A DNA stretch of 64,000 nucleotides. Source: Eledone cirrhosa. Lineage: Eukaryota. The notes under the pieces were generated by a model. It ran no database searches and had not been told where the DNA came from. It worked only from the letters and a program-made list of their open reading frames with translations. Within the stretch, counting starts at the first letter, position 1. Every line of letters begins with the position of its first letter. Positions 13,451 through 29,280 of this stretch are shown here, piece after piece. Where the stretch lies: assembly GCA_964016885.1 (NCBI GenBank), contig OZ024744.1, positions 110,918,001-110,982,000 of the forward strand, in the 5' to 3' direction. The translations under genes were made by a program, and so were the position numbers.

Positions 13451-16400
13451 CAGTAAAACTACACAATCCACTATAACTTAACTGGCCCTGATCACAGTAA
13501 AACTACACAATCCACTATAACTTACTTTGCCATGAACAGAGTAAAACTACACAATCCACTATAACTTACTTTGCCATGAACAGAGTAAAACTACACAATC
13601 CACTATAGCTTATCTTGCCCTGAAAACAGTAAAATTACACAATCCACTATAACTTACCTTGCCCTGAACACAGTAAAACTACACAATCCACTATAACTTA
13701 ACTGGCCCTGAACACAGTAAAACTACACAATCCACTATAACTTACCTTGCTCTGAACACAGTAAAACTACACGATCCACTATAACTTACCTTGCCCGGAA
13801 CAGAGTAAAACTACACAACCCACTATAACTTACCTTGCCCTGAACACAGTAAAACTACAAAATCCACTATAACTTACATTGCCCTGAACACAGTAAAACT
13901 ACACAAACCACTATAAATTACCTTGCCCTGAACACAGTAAAACTACACAATCCACTATAGTTTACCTTGCCCTGAACACAGTCAAACTACACAATCCACT
14001 ATAACTTACCTTGCCCTGAACACAGTAAAACTACTTAATTCACTATAACTTACCTTGCTCCGAACACAGTAAAACTACACAATCCACTATACCTTACCTT
14101 GCCCTGAACACAGTAAAAGTACACAATCCACTATAGTTTACCTTGCCCTGAACACAGTAAAACTACACAAACCACTATAGTTTACCTTGCCCTGAACACA
14201 GTAAAACTACACAAACCACTATAAATTACCTTGCCCTGAACACAGTAAACTACACAATCCACTATAACTTACCTTGCTCTGAACACAGTAAAACTACACA
14301 ATCCACTATACCTTACCATGCCCTGAACACAGTAAAACTACACAATCCACTATAACTTAACTGGCCCTGAACACAGTAAACTACAGAATCCACTATAACT
14401 TACCTTGCCCAGAACAAATTAAAACTATGTAATCCAGTATACCTTACCTTGCCCTGAACACAGTAAAACTACACAATCCACTATAACTTACTTTGCCCTT
14501 AACACAGTAAAACTACACAAACCACTATAACTTAACTGGCCCTGAACACAGTAAAACTACACAAACCACTATAAATTACCTTGCCCTGAACACAGTAAAA
14601 CTACATAATCCACTATAGTTTACCTTGCCCTGAACACAATAAAACTACACAATCCACTATGAATTACCTTGCCCTGAACACAGTAAAACTACACAATCCA
14701 CTATAACTTACCTTGACCTGAACACAGTAAAACTACTTAATTCACTATAACTTACCTTGCCCTGAACACAGTAAAACTACACAATCCACTATAACTTAAC
14801 TGGCCCTGAACACAGTAAAACTACACGATCCACTATAACTTACCTTGCCCTGAACACAGTAAAACTACACAATCCACTATAACTTAACTGGGCCTGAACA
14901 CAGTAAAACAACACAATCCACTATAAGTTACCTTGCTCTGAACACAGTAAAACTACACAATCCACTATAACTTAACTGTCCCTGAACACAGTAAAACTAC
15001 ACAATTCACTATAAGTTACCTTGCTCTGAACACAGTAAAACTACACAATCCACTATAACTTAACTGGCCATGAACACAGTAAAACTACACGATCCACTAT
15101 AACATACCTTGCCCTGAACAGAGTAAAACTACACAATCCACTATAACTTACCTGGACCTGAACACAGTAAAACTACACAATCCACTATAAGTTACCTTGC
15201 TCTGAACACAGTAAAACTACACAAGCCACTATAACTTACCTTGCCCTGAACACAGTAAAGCTAGACAATCCACTATAACTTACTTTGCACTGAACACAGT
15301 AAAACTACACAATCCACTATAACTTACTTTGCCATGAACACAGTAAAACTACACAATCCACTATAACTTAACTGGCCCTGATCACAGTAAAACTACACAA
15401 TCCACTATAACTTACTTTGCCATGAACAGAGTAAAACTACACAATCCACTATAACTTACTTTGCCATGAACAGAGTAAAACTACACAATCCACTATAGCT
15501 TACCTTGCCCTGAAAACAGTAAAACTACACAATCCACTATAACTTAACTGGCCCTGATCACAGTAAAACTACACAATCCACTATAACTTACTTTGCCATG
15601 AACAGAGTAAAACTACACAATCCACTATAACTTACTTTGCCATGAACAGAGTAAAACTACACAATCCACTATAGCTTATCTTGCCCTGAAAACAGTAAAA
15701 TTACACAATCCACTATAACTTACCTTGCCCTGAACACAGTAAAACTACACAATCCACTATAACTTAACTGGCCCTGAACACAGTAAAACTACACAATCCA
15801 CTATAACTTACCTTGCTCTGAACACAGTAAAACTACACGATCCACTATAACTTACCTTGCCTGGAACAGAGTAAAACTACACAACCCACTATAACTTACC
15901 TTGCCCTGAACACAGTAAAACTACAAAATCCACTATAACTTACATTGCCCTGAACACAGTAAAACTACACAAACCACTATAAATTACCTTGCCCTGAACA
16001 CAGTAAAACTACACAATCCACTATAGTTTACCTTGCCCTGAACACAGTCAAACTACACAATCCACTATAACTTACCTTGCCCTGAACACAGTAAAACTAC
16101 TTAATTCACTATAACTTACCTTGCTCCGAACACAGTAAAACTACACAATCCACTATACCTTACCTTGCCCTGAACACAGTAAAAGTACACAATCCACTAT
16201 AGTTTACCTTGCCCTGAACACAGTAAAACTACACAAACCACTATAGTTTACCTTGCCCTGAACACAGTAAAACTACACAAACCACTATAAATTACCTTGC
16301 CCTGAACACAGTAAACTACACAATCCACTATAACTTACCTTGCTCTGAACACAGTAAAACTACACAATCCACTATACCTTACCATGCCCTGAAAACAGTA

Positions 16401-19400
16401 AAACTACACAATCCACTATAACTTAACTGGCCCTGATCACAGTAAAACTACACAATCCACTATAACTTACTTTGCCATGAACAGAGTAAAACTACACAAT
16501 CCACTATAACTTACTTTGCCATGAACAGAGTAAAACTACACAATCCACTATAGCTTATCTTGCCCTGAAAACAGTAAAATTACACAATCCACTATAACTT
16601 ACCTTGCCCTGAACACAGTAAAACTACACAATCCACTATAACTTAACTGGCCCTGAACACAGTAAAACTACACAATCCACTATAACTTACCTTGCTCTGA
16701 ACACAGTAAAACTACACGATCCACTATAACTTACCTTGCCCGGAACAGAGTAAAACTACACAACCCACTATAACTTACCTTGCCCTGAACACAGTAAAAC
16801 TACAAAATCCACTATAACTTACATTGCCCTGAACACAGTAAAACTACACAAACCACTATAAATTACCTTGCCCTGAACACAGTAAAACTACACAATCCAC
16901 TATAGTTTACCTTGCCCTGAACACAGTCAAACTACACAATCCACTATAACTTACCTTGCCCTGAACACAGTAAAACTACTTAATTCACTATAACTTACCT
17001 TGCTCCGAACACAGTAAAACTACACAATCCACTATACCTTACCTTGCCCTGAACACAGTAAAAGTACACAATCCACTATAGTTTACCTTGCCCTGAACAC
17101 AGTAAAACTACACAAACCACTATAGTTTACCTTGCCCTGAACACAGTAAAACTACACAAACCACTATAAATTACCTTGCCCTGAACACAGTAAACTACAC
17201 AATCCACTATAACTTACCTTGCTCTGAACACAGTAAAACTACACAATCTACTATACCTTACCATGCCCTGAACACAGTAAAACTACACAATCCACTATAA
17301 CTTAACTGGCCCTGAACACAGTAAACTACAGAATCCACTATAACTTACCTTGCCCAGAACAAATTAAAACTATGTAATCCAGTATACCTTACCTTGCCCT
17401 GAACACAGTAAAACTACACAATCCACTATAACTTACTTTGCCCTTAACACAGTAAAACTACACAAACCACTATAAATTACCTTGCCCTGAAAACAGTAAA
17501 ACTACACAAACCACTATAAATTACCTTGCCCTGAACACAGTAAAACTACATAATCCACTATAGTTTACCTTGCCCTGAACACAATAAAACTACACAATCC
17601 ACTATGAATTACCTTGCCCTGAACACAGTAAAACTACACAATCCACTATAAATTACCTTGCCCTGAACACAGTAAAACTACACAATCCACTATAACTTAC
17701 CTTGACCTGAACACAGTAAAACTACTTAATTCACTATAACTTACCTTGCCCTGAACACAGTAAAACTACACAATCCACTATAACTTAACTGGCCCTGAAC
17801 ACAGTAAAACTACACGATCCACTATAACTTACCTTGCCCTGAACACAGTAAAACTACACAATCCACTATAACTTAACTGGGCCTGAACACAGTAAAACAA
17901 CACAATCCACTATAAGTTACCTTGCTCTGAACACAGTAAAACTACACAATCCACTATAACTTAACTGTCCCTGAACACAGTAAAACTACACAATTCACTA
18001 TAAGTTACCTTGCTCTGAACACAGTAAAACTACACAATCCACTATAACTTAACTGGCCATGAACACAGTAAAACTACACGATCCACTATAACATACCTTG
18101 CCCTGAACAGAGTAAAACTACACAATCCACTATAACTTACCTGGACCTGAACACAGTAAAACTACACAATCCACTATAAGTTACCTTGCTCTGAACACAG
18201 TAAAACTACACAATCCACTATAACTTACCTTGCCCTGAACACAGTAAAGCTAGACAATCCACTATAACTTACTTTGCACTGAACACAGTAAAACTACACA
18301 ATCCACTATAACTTACTTTGCCATGAACACAGTAAAACTACACAATCCACTATAACTTAACTGGCCCTGATCACAGTAAAACTACACAATCCACTATAAC
18401 TTACTTTGCCATGAACAGAGTAAAACTACACAATCCACTATAACTTACTTTGCCATGAACAGAGTAAAACTACACAATCCACTATAGCTTACCTTGCCCT
18501 GAAAACAGTAAAACTACACAATCCACTATAACTTAACTGGCCCTGATCACAGTAAAACTACACAATCCACTATAACTTACTTTGCCATGAACAGAGTAAA
18601 ACTACACAATCCACTATAACTTACTTTGCCATGAACAGAGTAAAACTACACAATCCACTATAGCTTATCTTGCCCTGAAAACAGTAAAATTACACAATCC
18701 ACTATAACTTACCTTGCCCTGAACACAGTAAAACTACACAATCCACTATAACTTAACTGGCCCTGAACACAGTAAAACTACACAATCCACTATAACTTAC
18801 CTTGCTCTGAACACAGTAAAACTACACGATCCACTATAACTTACCTTGCCTGGAACAGAGTAAAACTACACAACCCACTATAACTTACCTTGCCCTGAAC
18901 ACAGTAAAACTACAAAATCCACTATAACTTACATTGCCCTGAACACAGTAAAACTACACAAACCACTATAAATTACCTTGCCCTGAACACAGTAAAACTA
19001 CACAATCCACTATAGTTTACCTTGCCCTGAACACAGTCAAACTACACAATCCACTATAACTTACCTTGCCCTGAACACAGTAAAACTACTTAATTCACTA
19101 TAACTTACCTTGCTCCGAACACAGTAAAACTACACAATCCACTATACCTTACCTTGCCCTGAACACAGTAAAAGTACACAATCCACTATAGTTTACCTTG
19201 CCCTGAACACAGTAAAACTACACAAACCACTATAGTTTACCTTGCCCTGAACACAGTAAAACTACACAAACCACTATAAATTACCTTGCCCTGAACACAG
19301 TAAACTACACAATCCACTATAACTTACCTTGCTCTGAACACAGTAAAACTACACAATCCACTATACCTTACCATGCCCTGAAAACAGTAAAACTACACAA

Positions 19401-20500
19401 TCCACTATAACTTAACTGGCCCTGATCACAGTAAAACTACACAATCCACTATAACTTACTTTGCCATGAACAGAGTAAAACTACACAATCCACTATAACT
19501 TACTTTGCCATGAACAGAGTAAAACTACACAATCCACTATAGCTTATCTTGCCCTGAAAACAGTAAAATTACACAATCCACTATAACTTACCTTGCCCTG
19601 AACACAGTAAAACTACACAATCCACTATAACTTAACTGGCCCTGAACACAGTAAAACTACACAATCCACTATAACTTACCTTGCTCTGAACACAGTAAAA
19701 CTACACGATCCACTATAACTTACCTTGCCCGGAACAGAGTAAAACTACACAACCCACTATAACTTACCTTGCCCTGAACACAGTAAAACTACAAAATCCA
19801 CTATAACTTACATTGCCCTGAACACAGTAAAACTACACAAACCACTATAAATTACCTTGCCCTGAACACAGTAAAACTACACAATCCACTATAGTTTACC
19901 TTGCCCTGAACACAGTCAAACTACACAATCCACTATAACTTACCTTGCCCTGAACACAGTAAAACTACTTAATTCACTATAACTTACCTTGCTCCGAACA
20001 CAGTAAAACTACACAATCCACTATACCTTACCTTGCCCTGAACACAGTAAAAGTACACAATCCACTATAGTTTACCTTGCCCTGAACACAGTAAAACTAC
20101 ACAAACCACTATAGTTTACCTTGTCCTGAACACAGTAAAACTACACAAACCACTATAAATTACCTTGCCCTGAACACAGTAAACTACACAATCCACTATA
20201 ACTTACCTTGCTCTGAACACAGTAAAACTACACAATCCACTATACCTTACCATGCCCTGAACACAGTAAAACTACACAATCCACTATAACTTAACTGGCC
20301 CTGAACACAGTAAACTACAGAATCCACTATAACTTACCTTGCCCAGAACAAATTAAAACTATGTAATCCAGTATACCTTACCTTGCCCTGAACACAGTAA
20401 AACTACACAATCCACTATAACTTACTTTGCCCTTAACACAGTAAAACTACACAAACCACTATAAATTACCTTGCCCTGAAAACAGTAAAACTACACAATC
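11600..20500. repeat. Three tandem ~2.95-2.99-kb HORs (67-68 monomers), each with an internal 879-bp (20-monomer) duplication
   Basis: Marker TTGCC(C/T)GGAACAGAG at 12912, 13791, 15857, 16736, 18846 and 19725, giving spacings 879, 2066, 879, 2110, 879. Confidence 0.88.
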
Positions 20501-23500
20501 CACTATAAATTACCTTGCCCTGAAAACAGTAAAACTACACAATCCACTATAACTTAACTGGCCCTGAACACAGTAAAACTACACAATCCACTATAACTTA
20601 ACTGGCCCTGAACACAGTAAAACTACACAATCCACTATAACTTAACTGGCCCTGAACACAGTAAAACTACACAATCCACTATAACTTAACTGGCCCTGAA
20701 CACAGTAAAACTACACAATCCAGTATAACTTAACTGGCCATGAACACAGTAAAACTACACAATCCACTATAACTTACCTTGCTCTGAACACAGTAAAACT
20801 ACACAATCCACTATAACTGAACTGGCCCTGAACACAGTAAAACTATACAATCCACTATAACTTAACTGACCCTGAACACATTAAAACTACACAATCTACT
20901 ATAAGTTACCTTGCTCTGAACACAGTAAAACTACACAATCCACTATAACTTAACTGGCCCTGAACACAGTAAAACTACACCATCCACTATAACTTACATT
21001 GCCCTGAACACAGTAAAACTACACAAACCACCAGAAATTACCTTGCCCTGAACACAATAAAATTACACAATCCACTATAGTTTACCTTGCCCTGAACACA
21101 GTAAAACTACTTAATTCACTATAACTTACCTAGCCCTGAACACAGTAAAACTACACAATGCACTATACCTAACCTTGCCCTGAACACAGTAAAACTACAC
21201 AATCCACTATAACTTACCTTGCCCAGAACAAATTAAAACTATGTGATCCACTATACCTTACCTTGCCCTGAACACAGTAAAACTACACAATCCACTATAG
21301 CTTACATTGCTCTGAACACAGTAAAACTACACAATCCACTATAGCTTACCTTGCCCTGAACACAGTAAAACTACACAATCCACTATAATTTACCTTACCC
21401 TGAACACAGTAAAACTACACAATCCACTATAACTTACCTTGCCCTGAACACAGTAAACTACATAATCCACTATAACTTACCTTGCCCAGAACAAAGTAAA
21501 ACTACGTAATCCACTATAACTTACCTTGCCCTGAAAACAGTAAAACTACAGAATCCACTATAACTTACCTTGCTCTGATCACACTAAATCTGCACAATCA
21601 ATATAACTTTTTTTGCCCTGAACACAGTAAAACTTCACAAACCACTATAAATTACCTTGCTCTAAACACAGTAAAGCTAGACAATCCACTATAACTTACC
21701 TTGCCCTGAACACAGTAAAACTACACAATCCACTATAACTTAACTGACCCTGAACACACTAAACTACAGAATCCACTATAACTTACCTTGCTCTGAACAC
21801 AGGAAAACTACACAATCCACTATAACTTAACTGGCCACGAACACATTAAAACTACACAATCCACTATAACTTACCTTGCCCTGAACACAGTAAAACTACA
21901 AAATCCACTATAACTTACATTGCCCTGAACACAGTAAAACTACACAAACCACTATAAATTACCTTGCCCTGAACACAGTAAAACTACACAATCCACTATA
22001 GTTTACCTTGCCCTGAACACAGTCAAACTACACAATCCACTAGAACTTACCTTGCCCTGAACACAGTAAAACTACACAATCCACTATAACTTACCTTGCC
22101 CTGAACACAGTAAAACTACACAATCCACTATACCTTACCTTGCCCTGAACACAGTAAAACTACACAATCCACTATAACTTACGTTGCCCTGAACACAGTA
22201 AAACTACACAAAGCACTATAAATTACCTTGCCCTGAACACAGTAAAACTACACAATCCACTATAACTTACCTTGCCCTGAACACAGTAAAACTACACAAT
22301 CCACTATACCTAACCTTGCCCTGAACACAGTAAAACTACACAATCCACTATAACTTACCTTGCTCTGAACACAGTAAATGTACACAATCCACTATACCTT
22401 ACCTTGCCCTGAACACAGTAAAACTACACGATCCACTATATCTTAACTGGCCCTGAGCACAGTAAACTACAGAATCCACTATAACTTACCTTGCCCAGAA
22501 CAAATTAAAACTACGTAATCCACTATACCGTACCTTGCCCTGAACACAGTAAAACTACACAATCCACTATAACTTACTTTGCCCTGAACACAGTAAATCT
22601 ACACAAACAACTATAAATTACCTTGCTCTAAACACAGTAAAACTACACAATCCACTATAACTTACCTTGCCCTGAACACATTAATACTACACAATCCACT
22701 ATAACATACCTTGCCCTGAACACAGTAAAACTACACAATCCACTATAAATTAACTTACCCTGAACACAGTAAAACTACACAATCCACTATACCTTACCAT
22801 GCCCTGAACACAGTAAAACTACACAATCCACTATACCTTACCATGCCCTGAACACAGTAAAACTACACAATCCACTATAGCTTACCTTGCCCTGAACACA
22901 GAAAAACTAAACAATCCACTATAACTTACCTTGCCCTGAACACAGTAAAACTACACAATCCACTATAATCTACCTTGCTCTGAACACAGTAAACCTACAC
23001 AATCCACTATAAATTACCTTGCCCTGAACACAGTAAAACTACACAATCCACTATAACTTACCATGCCCTGAACACAGTAAAACTACACAATCCACTATAA
23101 CTTACATTGCTCTGAACACAGTAAAATTACACAAACCACTATAAATTACCTTGCACTGAACACAGTAAAACTACACAATCCACTATAGTTTACCTTGCCC
23201 TGAACACAGTAAAACTACACAATCCACTATAAATTACCTTGCCCTGAACACAGGAAAACTACACAATCCACTATAACTTACCTTGCCCTGGACACAGTAA
23301 AACTACACAATCCACTATAACTTAACTGGCCCTGAACACAGTAAAACTACACAATCCACTATAACTTAACTGGCCATGAACACAGTAAAACTACACAATC
23401 CACTATAACTTAACTGGCCCTGAACACAGTAAAACTACACAATCCAGTATAACTTAACTGGCCATGAACACAGTAAAACTACACAATCCACTATAACTTA

Positions 23501-26500
23501 CCTTGCTCTGAACACAGTAAAACTACACAATCCACTATAACTGAACTGGCCCTGAACACAGTAAAACTATACAATCCACTATAACTTAACTGACCCTGAA
23601 CACATTAAAACTACACAATCTACTATAAGTTACCTTGCTCTGAACACAGTAAAACTACACAATCCACTATAACTTAACTGGCCCTCAACACAGTAAAACT
23701 ACACCATCCACTATAACTTACATTGCCCTGAACACAGTAAAACTACACAAACCACCAGAAATTACCTTGCCCTGAACACAATAAAACTACACAATCCACT
23801 ATAACTTACCTTGCCCTGGACACAGTAAAACTACACAATCCACTATAACTTACCATGCTCTGAACACAGTAAAAACTACACGATCCACTATAACTTACCT
23901 TGCTGTGAACACAGTAAAACTACACAATCCACTATAACTTACCTTGCCCTGGACACAGTAAAACTACACAATCCACTATAACTTACCTTGCTCTGAACAC
24001 AGTAAAACTACACAATCCACTATACCTTACCTTGCCCTGAACACAGTAAAACTACACAATCCACTATAGCTTACATTGCTCTGAACACAGTAAAACTACA
24101 CAATCCATTATAGCTTACCTTGACCTGAAAACAGTGGAACTACACAATCCACTATTAATTACCTTCCTCTGAACACAGTAAAACTACACAATCCACTATA
24201 ACTTACCTTGCTCTGAACACAGTAAAACTACACAATCCACTATAACTTACATTGCCCTGAACACAGTAAAACTACACAAACCACCAGAAATTACCTTGCC
24301 CTGAACACAATAAAATTACACAATCCACTATAGTTTACCTTGCCCTGAACACAGTAAAACTACTTAATTCACTATAACTTACCTAGCCCTGAACACAGTA
24401 AAACTACACAATGCACTATACCTAACCTTGCCCTGAACACAGTAAAACTACACAATCCACTATAACTTACCTTGCCCAGAACAAATTAAAACTATGTGAT
24501 CCACTATACCTTACCTTGCCCTGAACACAGTAAAACTACACAATCCACTATAGCTTACATTGCTCTGAACACAGTAAAACTACACAATCCACTATAGCTT
24601 ACCTTGCCCTGAACACAGTAAAACTACACAATCCACTATAATTTACCTTACCCTGAACACAGTAAAACTACACAATCCACTATAACTTACCTTGCCCTGA
24701 ACACAGTAAACTACATAATCCACTATAACTTACCTTGCCCAGAACAAAGTAAAACTACGTAATCCACTATAACTTACCTTGCCCTGAAAACAGTAAAACT
24801 ACAGAATCCACTATAACTTACCTTGCTCTGATCACACTAAATCTGCACAATCACTATAACTTTTTTTGCCCTGAACACAGTAAAACTTCACAAACCACTA
24901 TAAATTACCTTGCTCTAAACACAGTAAAGCTAGACAATCCACTATAACTTACCTTGCCCTGAACACAGTAAAACTACACAATCCACTATAACTTAACTGA
25001 CCCTGAACACACTAAACTACAGAATCCACTATAACTTACCTTGCTCTGAACACAGGAAAACTACACGATCCACTATAACTTAACTGGCCACGAACACATT
25101 AAAACTACACAATCCACTATAACTTACCTTGCCCTGAACACAGTAAAACTACAAAATCCACTATAACTTACATTGCCCTGAACACAGTAAAACTACACAA
25201 ACCACTATAAATTACCTTGCCCTGAACACAGTAAAACTACACAATCCACTATAGTTTACCTTGCCCTGAACACAGTCAAACTACACAATCCACTAGAACT
25301 TACCTTGCCCTGAACACAGTAAAACTACACAATCCACTATAACTTACCTTGCCCTGAACACAGTAAAACTACACAATCCACTATACCTTACCTTGCCCTG
25401 AACACAGTAAAACTACACAATCCACTATAACTTACGTTGCCCTGAACACAGTAAAACTACACAAAGCACTATAAATTACCTTGCCCTGAACACAGTAAAA
25501 CTACACAATCCACTATAACTTACCTTGCCCTGAACACAGTAAAACTACACAATCCACTATACCTAACCTTGCCCTGAACACAGTAAAACTACACAATCCA
25601 CTATAACTTACCTTGCTCTGAACACAGTAAATGTACACAATCCACTATACCTTACCTTGCCCTGAACACAGTAAAACTACACGATCCACTATATCTTAAC
25701 TGGCCCTGAGCACAGTAAACTACAGAATCCACTATAACTTACCTTGCCCAGAACAAATTAAAACTACGTAATCCACTATACCGTACCTTGCCCTGAACAC
25801 AGTAAAACTACACAATCCACTATAACTTACTTTGCCCTGAACACAGTAAATCTACACAAACAACTATAAATTACCTTGCTCTAAACACAGTAAAACTACA
25901 CAATCCACTATAACTTACCTTGCCCTGAACACATTAATACTACACAATCCACTATAACATACCTTGCCCTGAACACAGTAAAACTACACAATCCACTATA
26001 AATTAACTTACCCTGAACACAGTAAAACTACACAATCCACTATACCTTACCATGCCCTGAACACAGTAAAACTACACAATCCACTATACCTTACCATGCC
26101 CTGAACAAAGTAAAACTACACAATCCACTATAGCTTACCTTGCCCTGAACACAGAAAAACTAAACAATCCACTATAACTTACCTTGCCCTGAACACAGTA
26201 AAACTACACAATCCACTATAACCTACCTTGCTCTGAACACAGTAAACCTACACAATCCACTATAAATTACCTTGCCCTGAACACAGTAAAACTACACAAT
26301 CCACTATAACTTACCATGCCCTGAACACAGTAAAACTACACAATCCACTATAACTTACATTGCTCTGAACACAGTAAAATTACACAAACCACTATAAATT
26401 ACCTTGCACTGAACACAGTAAAACTACACAATCCACTATAGTTTACCTTGCCCTGAACACAGTAAAACTACACAATCCACTATAAATTACCTTGCCCTGA

Positions 26501-29280
26501 ACACAGGAAAACTACACAATCCACTATAACTTACCTTGCCCTGGACACAGTAAAACTACACAATCCACTATAACTTAACTGGCCCTGAACACAGTAAAAC
26601 TACACAATCCACTATAACTTAACTGGCCATGAACACAGTAAAACTACACAATCCACTATAACTTAACTGGCCCTGAACACAGTAAAACTACACAATCCAG
26701 TATAACTTAACTGGCCATGAACACAGTAAAACTACACAATCCACTATAACTTACCTTGCTCTGAACACAGTAAAACTACACAATCCACTATAACTGAACT
26801 GGCCCTGAACACAGTAAAACTATACAATCCACTATAACTTAACTGACCCTGAACACATTAAAACTACACAATCTACTATAAGTTACCTTGCTCTGAACAC
26901 AGTAAAACTACACAATCCACTATAACTTAACTGGCCCTCAACACAGTAAAACTACACCATCCACTATAACTTACATTGCCCTGAACACAGTAAAACTACA
27001 CAAACCACCAGAAATTACCTTGCCCTGAACACAATAAAATTACACAATCCACTATAGTTTACCTTGCCCTGAACACAGTAAAACTACTTAATTCACTATA
27101 ACTTACCTAGCCCTGAACACAGTAAAACTACACAATGCACTATACCTAACCTTGCCCTGAACACAGTAAAACTACACAATCCACTATAACTTACCTTGCC
27201 CAGAACAAATTAAAACTATGTGATCCACTATACCTTACCTTGCCCTGAACACAGTAAAACTACACAATCCACTATAGCTTACATTGCTCTGAACACAGTA
27301 AAACTACACAATCCACTATAGCTTACCTTGCCCTGAACACAGTAAAACTACACAATCCACTATAATTTACCTTACCCTGAACACAGTAAAACTACACAAT
27401 CCACTATAACTTACCTTGCCCTGAACACAGTAAACTACATAATCCACTATAACTTACCTTGCCCAGAACAAAGTAAAACTACGTAATCCACTATAACTTA
27501 CCTTGCCCTGAAAACAGTAAAACTACAGAATCCACTATAACTTACCTTGCTCTGATCACACTAAATCTGCACAATCACTATAACTTTTTTTGCCCTGAAC
27601 ACAGTAAAACTTCACAAACCACTATAAATTACCTTGCTCTAAACACAGTAAAGCTAGACAATCCACTATAACTTACCTTGCCCTGAACACAGTAAAACTA
27701 CACAATCCACTATAACTTAACTGACCCTGAACACACTAAACTACAGAATCCACTATAACTTACCTTGCTCTGAACACAGGAAAACTACACGATCCACTAT
27801 AACTTAACTGGCCACGAACACATTAAAACTACACAATCCACTATAACTTACCTTGCCCTGAACACAGTAAAACTACAAAATCCACTATAACTTACATTGC
27901 CCTGAACACAGTAAAACTACACAAACCACTATAAATTACCTTGCCCTGAACACAGTAAAACTACACAATCCACTATAGTTTACCTTGCCCTGAACACAGT
28001 CAAACTACACAATCCACTAGAACTTACCTTGCCCTGAACACAGTAAAACTACACAATCCACTATAACTTACCTTGCCCTGAACACAGTAAAACTACACAA
28101 TCCACTATACCTTACCTTGCCCTGAACACAGTAAAACTACACAATCCACTATAACTTACGTTGCCCTGAACACAGTAAAACTACACAAAGCACTATAAAT
28201 TACCTTGCCCTGAACACAGTAAAACTACACAATCCACTATAACTTACCTTGCCCTGAACACAGTAAAACTACACAATCCACTATACCTAACCTTGCCCTG
28301 AACACAGTAAAACTACACAATCCACTATAACTTACCTTGCTCTGAACACAGTAAATGTACACAATCCACTATACCTTACCTTGCCCTGAACACAGTAAAA
28401 CTACACGATCCACTATATCTTAACTGGCCCTGAGCACAGTAAACTACAGAATCCACTATAACTTACCTTGCCCAGAACAAATTAAAACTACGTAATCCAC
28501 TATACCGTACCTTGCCCTGAACACAGTAAAACTACACAATCCACTATAACTTACTTTGCCCTGAACACAGTAAATCTACACAAACAACTATAAATTACCT
28601 TGCTCTAAACACAGTAAAACTACACAATCCACTATAACTTACCTTGCCCTGAACACATTAATACTACACAATCCACTATAACATACCTTGCCCTGAACAC
28701 AGTAAAACTACACAATCCACTATAAATTAACTTACCCTGAACACAGTAAAACTACACAATCCACTATACCTTACCATGCCCTGAACACAGTAAAACTACA
28801 CAATCCACTATACCTTACCATGCCCTGAACACAGTAAAACTACACAATCCACTATAGCTTACCTTGCCCTGAACACAGAAAAACTAAACAATCCACTATA
28901 ACTTACCTTGCCCTGAACACAGTAAAACTACACAATCCACTATAACCTACCTTGCTCTGAACACAGTAAACCTACACAATCCACTATAAATTACCTTGCC
29001 CTGAACACAGTAAAACTACACAATCCACTATAACTTACCATGCCCTGAACACAGTAAAACTACACAATCCACTATAACTTACATTGCTCTGAACACAGTA
29101 AAATTACACAAACCACTATAAATTACCTTGCACTGAACACAGTAAAACTACACAATCCACTATAGTTTACCTTGCCCTGAACACAGTAAAACTACACAAT
29201 CCACTATAAATTACCTTGCCCTGAACACAGGAAAACTACACAATCCACTATAACTTACCTTGCCCTGGACACAGTAAAAC
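20500..29280. repeat. Three tandem copies of the 62-monomer (2,724-bp) HOR, one interval carrying a 529-bp insertion
   Basis: T7 marker at 21607, 24860 and 27584: spacings 3,253 (= 2,724 + 529) and 2,724. Confidence 0.87.
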
